Position numbers and translations under genes: made by a program. A stretch of 64,000 nucleotides of DNA from NCBI GenBank assembly GCA_964016885.1, contig OZ024742.1, forward strand, positions 129,146,001 to 129,210,000, written 5' to 3'. Below, in pieces: positions 14,168-27,246 of the stretch; within the stretch, counting starts at the first letter, position 1; the number at the start of each line of letters is the position of its first letter. This stretch comes from Eledone cirrhosa (lineage: Eukaryota). Below the pieces are notes generated by a model. The model saw only the letters and a list, made by a program, of their open reading frames with translations. It was not told the origin of the DNA and searched no databases.

Positions 14168-14585
14168 CTCATCATGGGTTAGATATATATAGGAGAGAAA
14201 GAGGCACAGGATAAGAACAACTGACACTGGCAACAAATTGTGATGTTCAATGTGTGTTTGTGTGTGTGTGTGTGTTTTGCTTTGTTACAAATCAATATGA
14301 AGATTAGGCAAAAGAAGAAATGAAATCCATGCAAGCTTGCATGTAAGTCCTGATTTATAACTCATAAACAGATTTATGTTCAGTGAAGTCTAGCACAGCT
14401 GAGTGTGGGTGAATATGTAAAAGGAAAGGGGGGGGGCTCCATGTTCAAAGTAAACATGAAAGAATATAGTTAGAAAGCTTCCAAATGTATTAGCTGTTAT
14501 ATTTTCATCAAAATAATTCTTTTACTCTTCTAAACGTGGCTATAAAAATACAATATCAACCATTTCTATAAGAATTGAGGCACTG

Positions 14586-14840
14586 ATATGAAAGCATAAA
14601 AAATATGTTTATGTATAATGAATGCACATGTCTCATTGTGGGTATTTTAAGCTGTCACAGCTACCTCAGTAATCATATGAGAATGCCAAATACTAGTATT
14701 TGAAGATGGATAAAAACCCTGAAATACTAGCAACCTCATGTGGTTACTGAGGCAGCTGTGACATAATCACAGCTTAAAATACCTACAGCGAAACTTATGT
14801 ATGTTTATTATACATAAACATATTGCATATGCTTTCATAT
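14586..14840. mobile_element. Old palindromic MITE-like element; extra right arm at ~15038-15142
   Basis: ~100-bp degenerate inverted arms ATATGAAAGCATA... / ...TATGCTTTCATAT. Confidence 0.7.
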
Positions 14841-16183
14841 AGACCTCTATTGTGGATCACACTGTGTTAGTGCTACTGCTAATTAATAACAGATTGTCAA
14901 GCTGGCACTTTATGCAAATGAGCATCTACATAAATGAATAATTTACCAAAAATCTATATGTAAACTATCAGCATATTTTGCCTCGGTACATCACAGAAGA
15001 TGTATAAACATCCTGAAGTACAAGGTTTTGTCATCTTCACATGATTACTGAGGTACATGTGACGACATAACACAACTTAAAATACCCACAGCAAGACTTA
15101 TGCATATTCATTATATATAAACATATTGTATATGCTTTCATATACACTCAATTCTGAATCACTCTGTGTTAGTACAACTGCTATTCATTTCAGTAAGGTT
15201 CAGAAACATCTTTTGTGGAAAGATAAAAATGCATAACAAGTATACATATACACAAAAATACATGTACACACATACACACACAGGCATATACACCCGTAAC
15301 ACACACATAAATACACATATGTACACAAATAGAGATACACACATGCAAATAAATACACACACACACATATGCAGACAAATATATGCATGTACACACACAA
15401 ATACTCACAGACATGCATATAAATACACACATACATAAATACTCACAGACATGCATAAAACAACACACACATAAATACTCAGACATGCATAAATACACAC
15501 ACACACACATACATGTCCACACATGTTCACACAAACAATACAGAAATACATTATATGTTTATCATTTTTCCCCCTTTTATGCATATATACATATAGATTT
15601 ATGTACAAAGGAAGACGTGACAGCACACATGTTTAGGCAGCCATCGCTGTGTAACAAAGTACACAAACTTGTACAGGCATGTATAAGTGTACACAAGTGT
15701 TGGGTAATGAGTGTGTGATGTTCTTTATAGAGGAAGGAAGTTAACAGCAGGTTGGGCATTGTTCATTGGTGGACAGACAGGGGGCTGCCTGACAGGAGTT
15801 CTAGTTTCTGGTTTCTTGCTCCATTTGACTGTCTGTAACAACCTACAGATGAGCCAGACAATAAAGTAATGAGGAAGCTTACATGATGTTATTACAGCAG
15901 TCAAATTCCCCTCAACCACTGATGGAACTGGCTTGTGGGGAGCTAGGTATACAGTAAGGCTGTAACAGGAATCCATCAGGATTGGGCAGAGTAAACTGAT
16001 ACAGTTAGGGATTCCAGGGCACTGTTAATACCTGCTGGTAAGTTTGTTAACCTGTTTCATTACTAGATTTCTAATGAAAGGTACAGCCTATGATTTTAAA
16101 ATAATTTGGAAATAAGAATTTGGAGGAATTTACTAATATAACTTCCACATTATTAAGTTGGTGTTTAACAAAAGTCCTTACAC

Positions 16184-17452
16184 ATGCAGGGAGAGTGTCG
16201 AGTCTAAGCCAGCTAATGAACAGTGTGGTTTTCGCCCTGGATACAGCACAGCCGACCAAATATTCACACTGCAGCAGATCTTCGAGAAATCATGGGAGTA
16301 TTGTCAAGAGGAATATTCTTGTTTTGTTGACCTTAAAAAGGCATACGACTGCATTCCTCGGGACCTGCTGTGGAAGGTTCTGCAGGGGTATGGGATCGAT
16401 GATTAGCTCCTTGCTGCCCTGATGTCTCTATATGAATGCCTGAGTATTTGTGTTCAGATAAATGGAGCTAAATCGAAACCATTCAGTGTGGGAGTCAGAC
16501 TCTGCCAAAGGTGTGTAGTGTCATCTCTCCTGTGCATTATTTACATGAACAGGATTGACATGCACAGCCAGGTTGGAAGTGGTATCAGGACTGGTGGGTG
16601 TAAAATCAGTCGGCTGGCATTTTCAGACAACATGGTGCTACTTAACTCGACAGATGGTGATCTCCAACTTGCACTTGATAGGTTTGATGCAGAGTGCTGC
16701 ATGGCTGGAATGAATATCAGTGCTGCAAAAACTGAGACACTCATCCTCTCAAGGAAGCTTGTGCAGTGCACTCTACATGTGAATGGTGTCCCACTGACAC
16801 AGGTAGAGAAGTTCAAGTTCAGCTTCAGCATTCAGTAATCAGAAGGAAAGAGGCAGACGTAAAAGTCAAACTCGCTATCTTCAATTTGATATTTGTGCCA
16901 ACCCTTATTTATGGTCACAAATCTTGGGTAATGATCAAAAGAATATGATTGTGAAATCAAGCGGCTGAAATAGGGTTCCTCCGAAGGGTCTTTGGGGTAA
17001 CATTAGTCAATAGCGTGCGTAGCTTGGAGATCAAAGAAAGGTACAATGAAAGGTACAGCCTATGATTTTTAAATAATTTGGAAATAAGAATTTGGAGGAA
17101 TTTACTAATATAACTTCCACATTATTAATGCTACTTCTCCAAATTGAGCAACACAACTCTGATACTATGGGCATGTGGTTAGAATGTCTCAGGAAAGAAT
17201 TGCTGGATAGATTTTATGGGCAAAAACCAACTGGCAGGAGATCCAGGGATAGCCCTTGAGCAAGATGGTTGGATAACAACCATGAGCTTGGCTGGTTTCA
17301 TTTGGGGATCCAGCCAGATCAGTTGGAGATGGTCACTTCAGACAGGACACACTGGAAAGAATGATTGAAGAATCTGCCCAAACGACCCCCTCAGGAATAA
17401 GTGGATGAAGAAAAGGAAAAGAAGAAAAAGAAAAGGAGAAAAAGAAGAAGAA
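16184..17452 (+). pseudogene. Decayed RTE LINE of a second family (Expander/Rex3-like), RT to 3' end
   Basis: EQCGFRPGYSTADQIF, FVDLKKAYD, RLAFSDNMVL (degenerate ADD), LDRFDAEC..GMNIS..KTE, QVEKFK. Contains stops and frameshifts and ends in a (GAA)-rich tail. Confidence 0.9.
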
Positions 17453-18683
17453 TAACAACAACAACACACTTTCTCATTATTAAGTTAGTGTTTTGAGATA
17501 ACAAAGGTGTTTACATGAAACTATGGTGGAATGTTTTTGAATAAATATAAACACATTTTTTAACATAGGGTTAAATATTAACTTTGGGAAATTTTCAGAA
17601 TACTAAATCATTTTTAAAACACTATATATTATAAATTATAGGCAACAAAGTAATGGGAATACTCATAGTCATTTATCTCCCTCAGCCATTTATGGAAATA
17701 GTTTGGGAGGTAGCTAGGTATACAGTAAAACTATATCCAAACAGCAATCCATCAGGGATAGGCAAAATAAATCTATGCAGCTGTGGTTTCCAGGTTATTA
17801 TAAGTTTCTATGAGTAGTGTGCCGATTTTGGTACCATCATCATGATCATCATTTAATGTCTGCTTTCCCTGCTAGCAAGGGTTGGATGGGTCTTCATAGA
17901 CCAAGTTAGTACTGAAGTGGGGCTATTGACCTCCCAGATAGAAAGGTCTTACATTCTACAGAGTGCACCAACACAAAAGAGGTTGTCATGACTTTGACAC
18001 AACTGAAGGGTCCTCCCAACTATTTGTTGGACAAGCTTTCTACAGCTGGATACTCTTCCTATCACCAACCACTTTACAGAGTCTACTGGGTGCTTTTATT
18101 GTGTAGATCACCAACATTAGAGAGGCTGTCATGTCCTTGACACAACTGAATATTAAATCACTCATTGTATTACATTAGGTGTTTTATGTGTACTGAATAA
18201 AAAAAATATGCATGGATAATAATAATTGTTTCTGATTTGCCTACCTCGGAGTCTAGGACAACCGCAGCACCATAAAGACCAAAACTGGATATGGATGGAC
18301 ACAGGGCCAACAATTGGGGGGAGGGGCCGTCGATTAAATCGACCCCAGTGCATTACTGGTGTTTTATTTATCGACCCCGTAAGGATGAAAGGCAAAGCTA
18401 ACCTTGGCGGGATTTGAACTCAGAATATAAAGGGCCATAACTCTGGTGTCTGGCGCTAAACCGATACTGCCAATCCACTGCTCTTAAATGCATAATAATA
18501 ATTAATTATTATATCAGTATGGCCACTCAATGATTCAACCAGGAGTTAAGGATCTATAGTATGGCATATATTATTGGTAAACATTGCCTGCCTCACAATC
18601 AAGCAGTAAACATCACTGATATATTATGAAAAACAATGTTAGTGCTATTCTTCAGCTTCAGTCTTAATCCAACAGACTTATGA

Positions 18684-18943
18684 TTAACCCCTTTGACACT
18701 AAACCACCTGAAACTACCCCTGGTTCTTTGACACTAAGTTGTTTGCTTTTAAGTGTTTTTATTTACCTGAAAATATTCCATCCTAATTTTATGTAAGAAT
18801 CTTTAAGTTATGTTCCATATACCAGCTTACTAATGAGAAGGTTAGTTATATTTCTAAATCCTCACCTAATTCTTGATTATTTTCAAAATGATTTGAAAAT
18901 CATAAGTAGTCTTTCATTAGGAATATGGTAAGAACAGAGTTAA
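18684..18943. mobile_element. piggyBac-type MITE (same family)
   Basis: TTAACCCCTTTGACACTAAACC...GAACAGAGTTAA. Confidence 0.75.
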
Positions 18944-20196
18944 AGCCATTCATGTTGTACCCCCCAGATACATTATCCAATGTCCTTTATTTTTAAGATG
19001 GTAGGGTATAGTTTTAGAGAAATTTGGCTGGTATTTCTAGCAGTTTGAATGACCATGTAGAGATTGACAGAAAATAATTGTATTTTTTATTGGTGCATAA
19101 AAATAAAAATATTGGAATTGTCTTCTTTTAATAATGCACCAGTGAATGAAGTGATAAAATATTCTACAAATCTTTCCTTTTCTCCTAATCATATTACTGC
19201 TTATTTTTAAGAGGTGGCAAGAAGTTTAAAATTTATATTTCATGTCTTGTAAAAGAAAACTGAAAAATGGACAAATTTAGTCCATTATTATTGTCTTTTT
19301 ATGTCTTCTTTCCAAGTCTGCAGGATTTGGTTGGATTCTCCTGATCTGAGACCAAACAAATTGGAGTAACCTCACCTTGCTCACATGTTTCATATTTCGT
19401 ATATTTCTATGGCTGGATGCCCTTCCTAACACCAACCTCCCAATGTTCTCTTCCTTCACATAACATACACCATTGAACACATTGGTTAATTTACCAATTA
19501 AGGGACATATGTATTGTTAAATATTTATTCATCAAAATTTAGTTAATATTTCCATCACAAATCTTTTATTGCATTTTGAATATCTAGTGTTCACTCAAGG
19601 ACACAATGTGCCAATGGGAATCGAACTCACAACCTCCTTCACACACTCACTAAGGCTTTCACACACTGAACATCATCAAAAAGAAGCAAACATTTTTAAT
19701 GATAAGTTTAAGTGAGCAAAGGTTGGGTGGTGGGTAGCCAGAAAAAAAAAGGAAGGCTGAGATTCTTCAGAGTCATTGCTAGCATGCAAGTGGGATAAAT
19801 CATGAAGACTAAAACATCATTAAGCAATTCTTTGGGCTCGTAATTAATTAGACATTAGTTGATTATTTATCAGTCATTAACTAAAACCTTTCCCACCAAA
19901 CCCTGCAAAAAAGAAAACACTAGACAAAATATATTTAATGAGAAATATAAAAAAAATATATGAAAACAAAAATAAGAAAAAAAAATAGAAAAACCAACAT
20001 TTAGAGAAAATGTGAGAGTCACATCGTGTAAATATTTAAAATAAGTGAGATTGTTGTATTTATGAGAAGGCTGAAGGAATGTTAAATTATTTTTAATCCA
20101 TTTTCTAGATGTGATAGCTGTGCAATCTAAAAAGTCTCATCTCTTACCTAAGACTGTTAATTAATTCTACAATAGTAGTAATGTTTTGGAGTTGAA

Positions 20197-20850
20197 CTTC
20201 TTCTTCACCGTCTTATTCTGGGAGAGTGTGAGGGCAGAGTCCTCAAACACTCCTTCCAGTGGGTCCTGTCAGAAGCAACTGTCTCCAACTGATCCAGCTG
20301 GATCCCCAAGTGAGACCAGTTGAGTTCATGGATGTTATCCAAACATCTTGCTCAGGGTCTACCCCTGTGTCTTCTATAGTATCAGAGCTGTGACCTCTCA
20401 ATCTGGAGAAGTAGCGGCTCTAACCTGGAGCGACTCTCTGATCTCGAGCTATGCATTCTATCAAGTAACATTACTCCAAACACCCTTTAGAGGAAACCCA
20501 TTTCGGTCACTTGTATTCACAATCGTATTCTTTTGGTCATTACCCTAGATTCATGACCATAAGTAAGGGTTGGCACAAATACTGAATTGAAGGTAGCAAG
20601 TTTGGCGTTTACACATATATCCTTTCTGATTATAAAATGCTGAAGCTGGTGCATTACTGCACGAGCTCCTGCAATTCTTACACCTTATTCAGCCTCCTGC
20701 TTTCCATCACTCATGAACATAACCCAGAGATACTTGAACTTCTCCACCTGCTTCATGTAGAGTGCACTGCACAGGCTTCCTTGAGAGGATGAGTGTCTCA
20801 GTCTTCACAGCACTGATTTTCATTCTAGCCATGCAGAACTCGGCTGTCAT
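20197..20850 (-). mobile_element. 3' fragment of the Expander-like RTE
   Basis: MKISAVKTETLILSRKPVQCTLH matches the 16.7 kb copy; (CTT)n tail on plus strand. Confidence 0.85.
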
Positions 20851-22785
20851 TCTCATCTTCAATCGAAAATAATTTTCATCTTTAATGACTTCCATATGTC
20901 AGTTATCACATAAACTATAAGGTTTCTCTTATGCAACCAATTAATTTATCAAAATGCAAATTTTTTCAGTTTGTATGATTGTTTAGCAATTCTGGTATAT
21001 ATGATATACCAATCCTGGACTACAAAAATTAAATACATTCAATTATTGTTGACCTTACAGATCCACTAGTGTAAGAATACTTGCTCAAAATGTTTTGAAG
21101 GAAATATTTAATCATGATGCTGATATTTGTGGATAAATGTAACAGCAATACAAGAAAAAGGTGTCCCCAGAAATGAATTCAAATTGGGCTGTGACCTTGA
21201 TCCACTAAGAAATTACAATAGTACAATAGTTATTACTTTTTTATCGTTTTTATGTAGAATTAATCACATCTTAATGGGACACTAGTTATATAGCAAAAAT
21301 AGTTGAACAAAGTGGAAAAATTAAAAAGTAGAAAATGGCTGATTGAAAGTTTAAAAAATGTACATGAAGTAAAATTTAAATTTTTGTATTAATGTCTTTA
21401 AAAAAGCAGCAAATTGACAGAATGTCAGATAAAATGCTTCATTATATTTGTTCTGGTTCTCTGATCTCAGTCCAAATTCAACTTTACTTTTCATCCTTTC
21501 AAGGTCAATAAATAAACTTCAATACAATAGGTCAATTCTTTGTCTATACTTTTACTCTCTCTCTCTCATGAAGAAATTGGCTGTGTTTCAACCTGGAATG
21601 GACTCCACAAGGTTTAAAATGTCATATGGCTTAGTAGTATGAGAATTGGATTATTCTTGGACCGAGTGATGTGTTGTGTCCTTGAGCAAGACACTTTGTT
21701 TCATGTTGCTTCAGTTCACTCATCTGGCAAGGAAAGCATGTAAGGTAATTGGGAGGTATTTCATTAGGATCACATTTATCATCATACCAAAGAACTAGAA
21801 CAAGGATGATAATTATTTATTTCTGATCAAGCTGTTGTTTTTCCAGTGGCAGGAGGTAGGATTTGAAATCAGAGTACACACAGCCAGAACAGATACAGCA
21901 AGGCATCCCATCCAACTCTTTAATGATTCTGCCATTTTACTGTTCCTGGATTGGTACACTATTTATTGACCAGCAAGGCAAAGTTAACTTTGATGCAATT
22001 TCATCTCCAAATACAGACCTACACCAAATGCCAAGTATTTTAATCCAATGCTCTGAGGACTCAGCCAATTTTCAGTCTATAAAAAGGTTGAGCAATGCAT
22101 TAAAACTCTCTTTGGCTGTATGGAACTTGGAACTAAATTTTGGCAGACAAGATGGGACTAAGAAATAGGATACAGATTGGATGAGAATGGAGAATGAGTT
22201 AGTACCACACTCAATATATTTTTGTGAAGAAGAAATGGATAAAAAATAGTGATGACCAGTAATTATTTGTTGTGCAAGAGTACAATGCCCCCCTGGCGAG
22301 AATGGGCTGGACCACTACATATAAATATTAGCAGCCTGAGTAAGTGACAAAGTTGGTACTAGTAGCACAGTTTGTGTGTTGATAGTCAAAGTTGTTCCAT
22401 TATGTGTGGTTATTGCCGTTTGTTTTGATTATATTGTTATTACACTGCAGGCGTCAACTGTATGTTATAACATTATTATTTTAACATACAGTTGACCCCT
22501 GCTTGTGTATTTTAAATCTAATATTGTTCAGTAAGTTTACATTCTGTGTCAAACACTTACAGAGTAAAAGATGATTAAAATACTTTAAATATCCATGAAA
22601 TGTTTAAAATAGCAATTACAAATGCTTCTGAGACTCGGAGAGAATCTCAAACAATAGTTCATGACACCTGCCTTAAAGATATGTGCAATTCCAAAATTTT
22701 GTTAAAATCAACTCAATCTCCCGCACCCCCAACTCAAATCTCTATTATTCAAACTGTGATTGTACAACAAGAAAAGGATACTTAC

Positions 22786-22823
22786 TGTATAAATGGAGTT
22801 GGTATTGTTCAAACTATCAACAC
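22786..22823 (-). CDS. Candidate 38-nt coding micro-exon of an unidentified host gene
   Basis: Acceptor TTTTTTTTTATGCATTTCTAATTTCAG and consensus donor GTAAGT. Only one frame is open (x-VDSLNNTNSIYT). Confidence 0.45.
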
Positions 22824-23224
22824 CTGAAATTAGAAATGCATAAAAAAAAATTCAGAATTACAGGCTATTTAATGAGAATATCCTTCCTGCAACTGCAAAA
22901 ATATATTTTAAAATCGACCTAAATCTAAAAATGTTCAAGAAATTCCATATGTCACCACTGGGTCCTTACAACACAGGTTAAAAGAAAAAGGAAATTATTT
23001 CATCAATCTCTTTTTGATGAACTATTAACACACACACACGTGTGTGTGTGTGTGTATGTGTGCACGCATGTATAAGATGTCTACCAAATATCATTGGCTA
23101 ATCTCATGCAGTACAGGATGTTAAGAGTTAACCATAGCTGTTCAGTTTGTTGAAATAATTAAACTTACAGACTGCAGGAAATTGACAGTCAAATGACATA
23201 ACTTGAGCTATTAACACAGCAGCA

Positions 23225-23399
23225 TTAACTCTTAACGTCTTATACCCCATGAAAGCACCTTCGCAAGATATTCTTGAAAGTACGAGACAGCACTATGACT
23301 ACAAGATTTATCCATTGGTAAAGATACTATAAATATCTGAATTAACAAATCTGTTTTTAGATATTTTCTGCTAAATCAAAACAGGATGTTAAGAATGAA
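23225..23399. mobile_element. TTAA-flanked MITE with CTCTTAACATCCTG-type termini
   Basis: TTAACTCTTAAC...CAGGATGTTAAGA. The same termini recur at ~432, ~875, ~6452, ~23115, ~31371. Confidence 0.6.
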
Positions 23400-23403
23400 A
23401 ACA

Positions 23404-24459
23404 TTAACCCTTTTGATACTAAGCCACCTGAAACCACCGCTGTTTCTATGATATAAAACTGTCCATTTTAAAGTGTTTACAATGTATACTCAAGAAGTTT
23501 TGAGACTTTTTCTTTTCAAGCACTTTTAATTGACCTTTGAAACTGTTACTCAAATAAATCCTTGATATGATTGTAATAAACTAACATGTCACCCCCACCC
23601 TCCCGGTTGAAGGTTCGGGCTGCTACAGCACTTTAAACACTGTCCAACATACACGTCTTGTCACAGATGACTGGTTCCACAGTGTAGTCAGGACATGAGG
23701 ACAGTTGGGGGTTCAATATGCAATAAAGTTTTGTGTCAAGCGCGATGAAATGCTGCAGAAACCTATGAAATGGTCAAAACTGCTTATGGACTAAATTTCA
23801 TGAGCTGGGCAACTGTTTTCCTCTGGCACAAGAGGTTCCAGGAGAGCAAGGAGCAGGTGAGAGACAACAAAAGGTGTGGTACGGAGAGGGACATCAGGAC
23901 ACCAAAGTTGGTCAACAAAATTCGCAAATTTCTGAATGAGGACCGTTGTGCATCTCTTCACACGATTGCTAAACGATTTGATGTGGCTGAGGGCACTGCA
24001 CTGAGTCATTCATGATGATCTGAACATGTGCAAAGTTTGTTTCCAGGGTGTTCAATGAAGATCAAAGGCAGAGGCACATTGATGACGGCATGGAGATGTT
24101 CGAGTGGACACCTTCACTTTGGAGAGCTACAAGGGGGCCTTCCAGATATGGCTGAAGCACTACAATAAGTGCATTGAAGTTGGAGGATTCTACTTTGTGG
24201 GAGACTAGAGTTTTCTGTTGATCTGAGTTAAATAAACATCTCTCTGATAAAAGTCTCAAAACCTCTTGAGTGTACCTTGTATATTTAAATTTTTAATCTT
24301 CCATCTATTTCTATGCAAGAATATTTAAGTTACATTACACACATCAACTCCATAATGGAGAATTTAGTTATTTTGATAAACACCTACAAATATTTGATTT
24401 TTAAAGTGAAAGGGAAGACAGTCAGTGTAGTTTATAAGAAATAGCCACAAAAGGGTTAA
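23404..24459. mobile_element. piggyBac-type MITE (TTAA|CCCTTT...AAAGGG|TTAA) interrupted by the mariner
   Basis: TTAA at both ends with CCC/GGG termini. The two halves match uninterrupted copies such as 18684-18943. Confidence 0.8.
23480..24279 (+). mobile_element. Internally deleted mariner (Tc1/mariner) element
   Basis: ~31-bp TIRs CAA(T/G)GTA(T/C)ACTCAAGA(A/G)GTTTTGAGACTTTT flanked by TA. Transposase N-terminus (YAIKFCVK..ETYEMVKTAYG..TVF.WHKRF) and C-terminus (FQ.W..HYNKCIEVGG.YF) are present; the DDD core is missing. Confidence 0.92.
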
Positions 24460-26276
24460 CCTATGACCTACAAATTGGTTGTCATCCCCCTGCAGCTACT
24501 GAACTTTTCAACTATCTTTAAATGTTGAAACCATACAGTATAAAGGCTAATCAGAATTTAATAGTTAGCTTTAAGAAGACTTTGCAAAGCTACTTCCAAA
24601 GAAACATCAAGATTTCAGATAAAACAAATTATTGCCGAAAGCTACATACATCTGGGATAATTTATTTTAAAAGCCAAAGCTCAAATGGCTTGTTTACTTT
24701 GATACTTACAAAACTTAAATAATCATAAGATAGCAAAGTTGATTCAATCAACTAAACATTGGATTTTGGATAACAGAATTGGTAGAGCATCAGACAAAGT
24801 ACCTTGTGGTATTTTGTTAACTACAAATTGTACTAGTTGGTGTTCACACAGGATGAGCTTTAGTTATCTATAAATTGTACTTGTGTTGGTATTTGCCCAG
24901 GATGGGTTGAGCAGATCTGAATCTGCAATTCCAAAGCATCACAAACAGAAGCTGTGAGTCTTGTCAATCATTGCACCATGTTGAATCTCTCTGAGAACTA
25001 AGTTAATGGTACATGTGTCTGTAAATCAGCTACACACTTCAACATCATTCTAATAGTGTGTATGCATTTTTTGTGGATGCCCTGTATATATCATCATCAT
25101 CGTTTTACGTCCGTTCTTCCACGCTAGCATGGGTTAGACGGGTTGTCCTGTTGTGGGCAGTGTCCAGTCGGCTGACCTTGTCTTGCTCATATGGGAACTG
25201 ACACTGGCTTGATTTCTACAGCTGGATGCTCTTCCTAACACCAACCTCATTTACAGTGAGTGCTGGGTGCTTTTTTTCCATGGCGCCTACATGTCCACTT
25301 TACAGTGTGGGCTGGGTGCTTTTTTGCCATGGCACCTCCACGACCACTTTGCAGTGGGAGGGTGTGGGGGCATATTGTCTATATGCTTCAGCTTCAGCTT
25401 GTTCCTGTGGGGAGTCGGGTCTTCTGTATTACTGCGTGACGCCAGAGGTCACAATATATATATATATATAAAGTATTTCCGTAGTAAAGGTAAAGAGAGT
25501 GCTCTATGTAGGCTACAGAGCTTTCCTCCCCTTTCATTGTCAACCCGACCCTTTATATCTTTTTTTATATTTTTTTATTTTATTGATTTCCATATCTGTT
25601 CCCCTCGTTACTTTCCCAGTTAGATTTCATGCATGTGTGTGTGGAGTGTTTTGTATATGTACGTATGTGGTTTCATGCCTATAAGTGTGTGTGTGTGCGG
25701 TTATGTATCCGCATGCATGTTTGTATGTCTGTGTGTATATATATCTTTACGATTAGGTCTATGTGCACACTTAAGTGTAAGCGTGCGCGTGAGCATATGT
25801 ATGTCTGTGTATACATGCATGTATAGGCAGGTGTGTATGTATGTATACACATATTTGTATGTGTTTGTGTGGATATATATATATATGTGTGTATATATAT
25901 ATATGTTTATATATATATGTGTGTGTATGTGTAGATATGTATATATATATTTATATGTGTATGTATGGAGAGATGTGCGTATGTATATTTATAAGTCAAT
26001 ACTGAGTGCGTGTGCGATTGTGTGCCTGTGTGCGCGCATATGTGAGCGAAAGATCGCACGTATATGTGTGTATTTGCATTTCCATGTAGACGCACATATA
26101 CTTATGTGTGAATGTATAAGTTTACGTACTATTACGTATATGCATGAGTTTGTGTATGTTTATGTATTTGGATATTTATTTTTTTCCCCTCAATTTATGC
26201 CTGTTATTTTATTTCAGCCTCACTTTCATTTATCCTCAACTCTGTTTTCAAATCCATATCCTATTCAATAATAAAC

Positions 26277-26337
26277 TTATTCTGATGAATGAAGACAGAC
26301 ATAAGTGTCAAGTTCTTCAAGAAACCATTGGTAAATC
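26277..26337 (+). ncRNA. Minimal type-I hammerhead ribozyme motif
   Basis: att-CTGATGA-a-TGAAGA[c..GACA taag TGTC..]TCTTCA-a-GAAA-CC att GG-TA-aat. Confidence 0.75.
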
Positions 26338-27246
26338 AATTAATTATCTTATGTTGTTTATTACATAACTATATACACACACACACACACACCTGTCTAT
26401 GGTGGGGCCAATGATGTTAGAATTCAATGCAGCCTTGAAGTGGTTTTTACAAGATTAGGTGATCAGAGCTATGGTTTTGTAGCAGGCTCTCATTGCATAA
26501 GGTTCCCTCAAAGATTTTATTCAAGCTACAGAGTCATTTATTATATGTTTGTGGATTGGACAATGAAAATAAAGCAGAAGTCAAAAATAGCTTCTTAATT
26601 GAGAACCTGTTTTCGACTTTTGTTTTATTTTCATTGTTCAACACACACACACGCACACACCTCTGAATCTGCCACTTGTTTGGTCAGCGAAACAACCTAC
26701 TCATTAAGTTAACATATAAATGGCTGAGTAATCCAAAGTCATGTGTTCCCATAAGTTAATTCTCTGGAAGATTCAACATAAATTACAGGTACAGTCTATC
26801 TGACAGGCTTTCAAACAGCTTCTAGTTACCAAATTTCACTCACAGGGATTGGATCAGCCAGAGAACCTTCTAATTGCAAGGCAAATTTCCTAATCACTTG
26901 CTCATGCTGCACTCAGCACACACCCACACGTTGCACTAAAAATAAAAATTCACTCAATTGGTTTATATGCAAAGCAGCTTAAATTACTATTTAAAAATCA
27001 AAATATTTCTGAAACTAAGCTCAAAATGCTTCATGATAAAATAATTTTCTACCAAACCAGTATTAGCAGCTTAGCAAGAAGGAATCTATTTTAACAAATT
27101 TCTAAGACAGTCCAAACACAATTTCCCAGCAACAAGAAACACATAAGAATTGGCCAAATATGTTTTTACTACAAAAGCTTTAAAGCAACCAAAACTAACA
27201 TTTAAATCAAATTCCAACAATTTTTGAAGAACACAACAAAATAATT

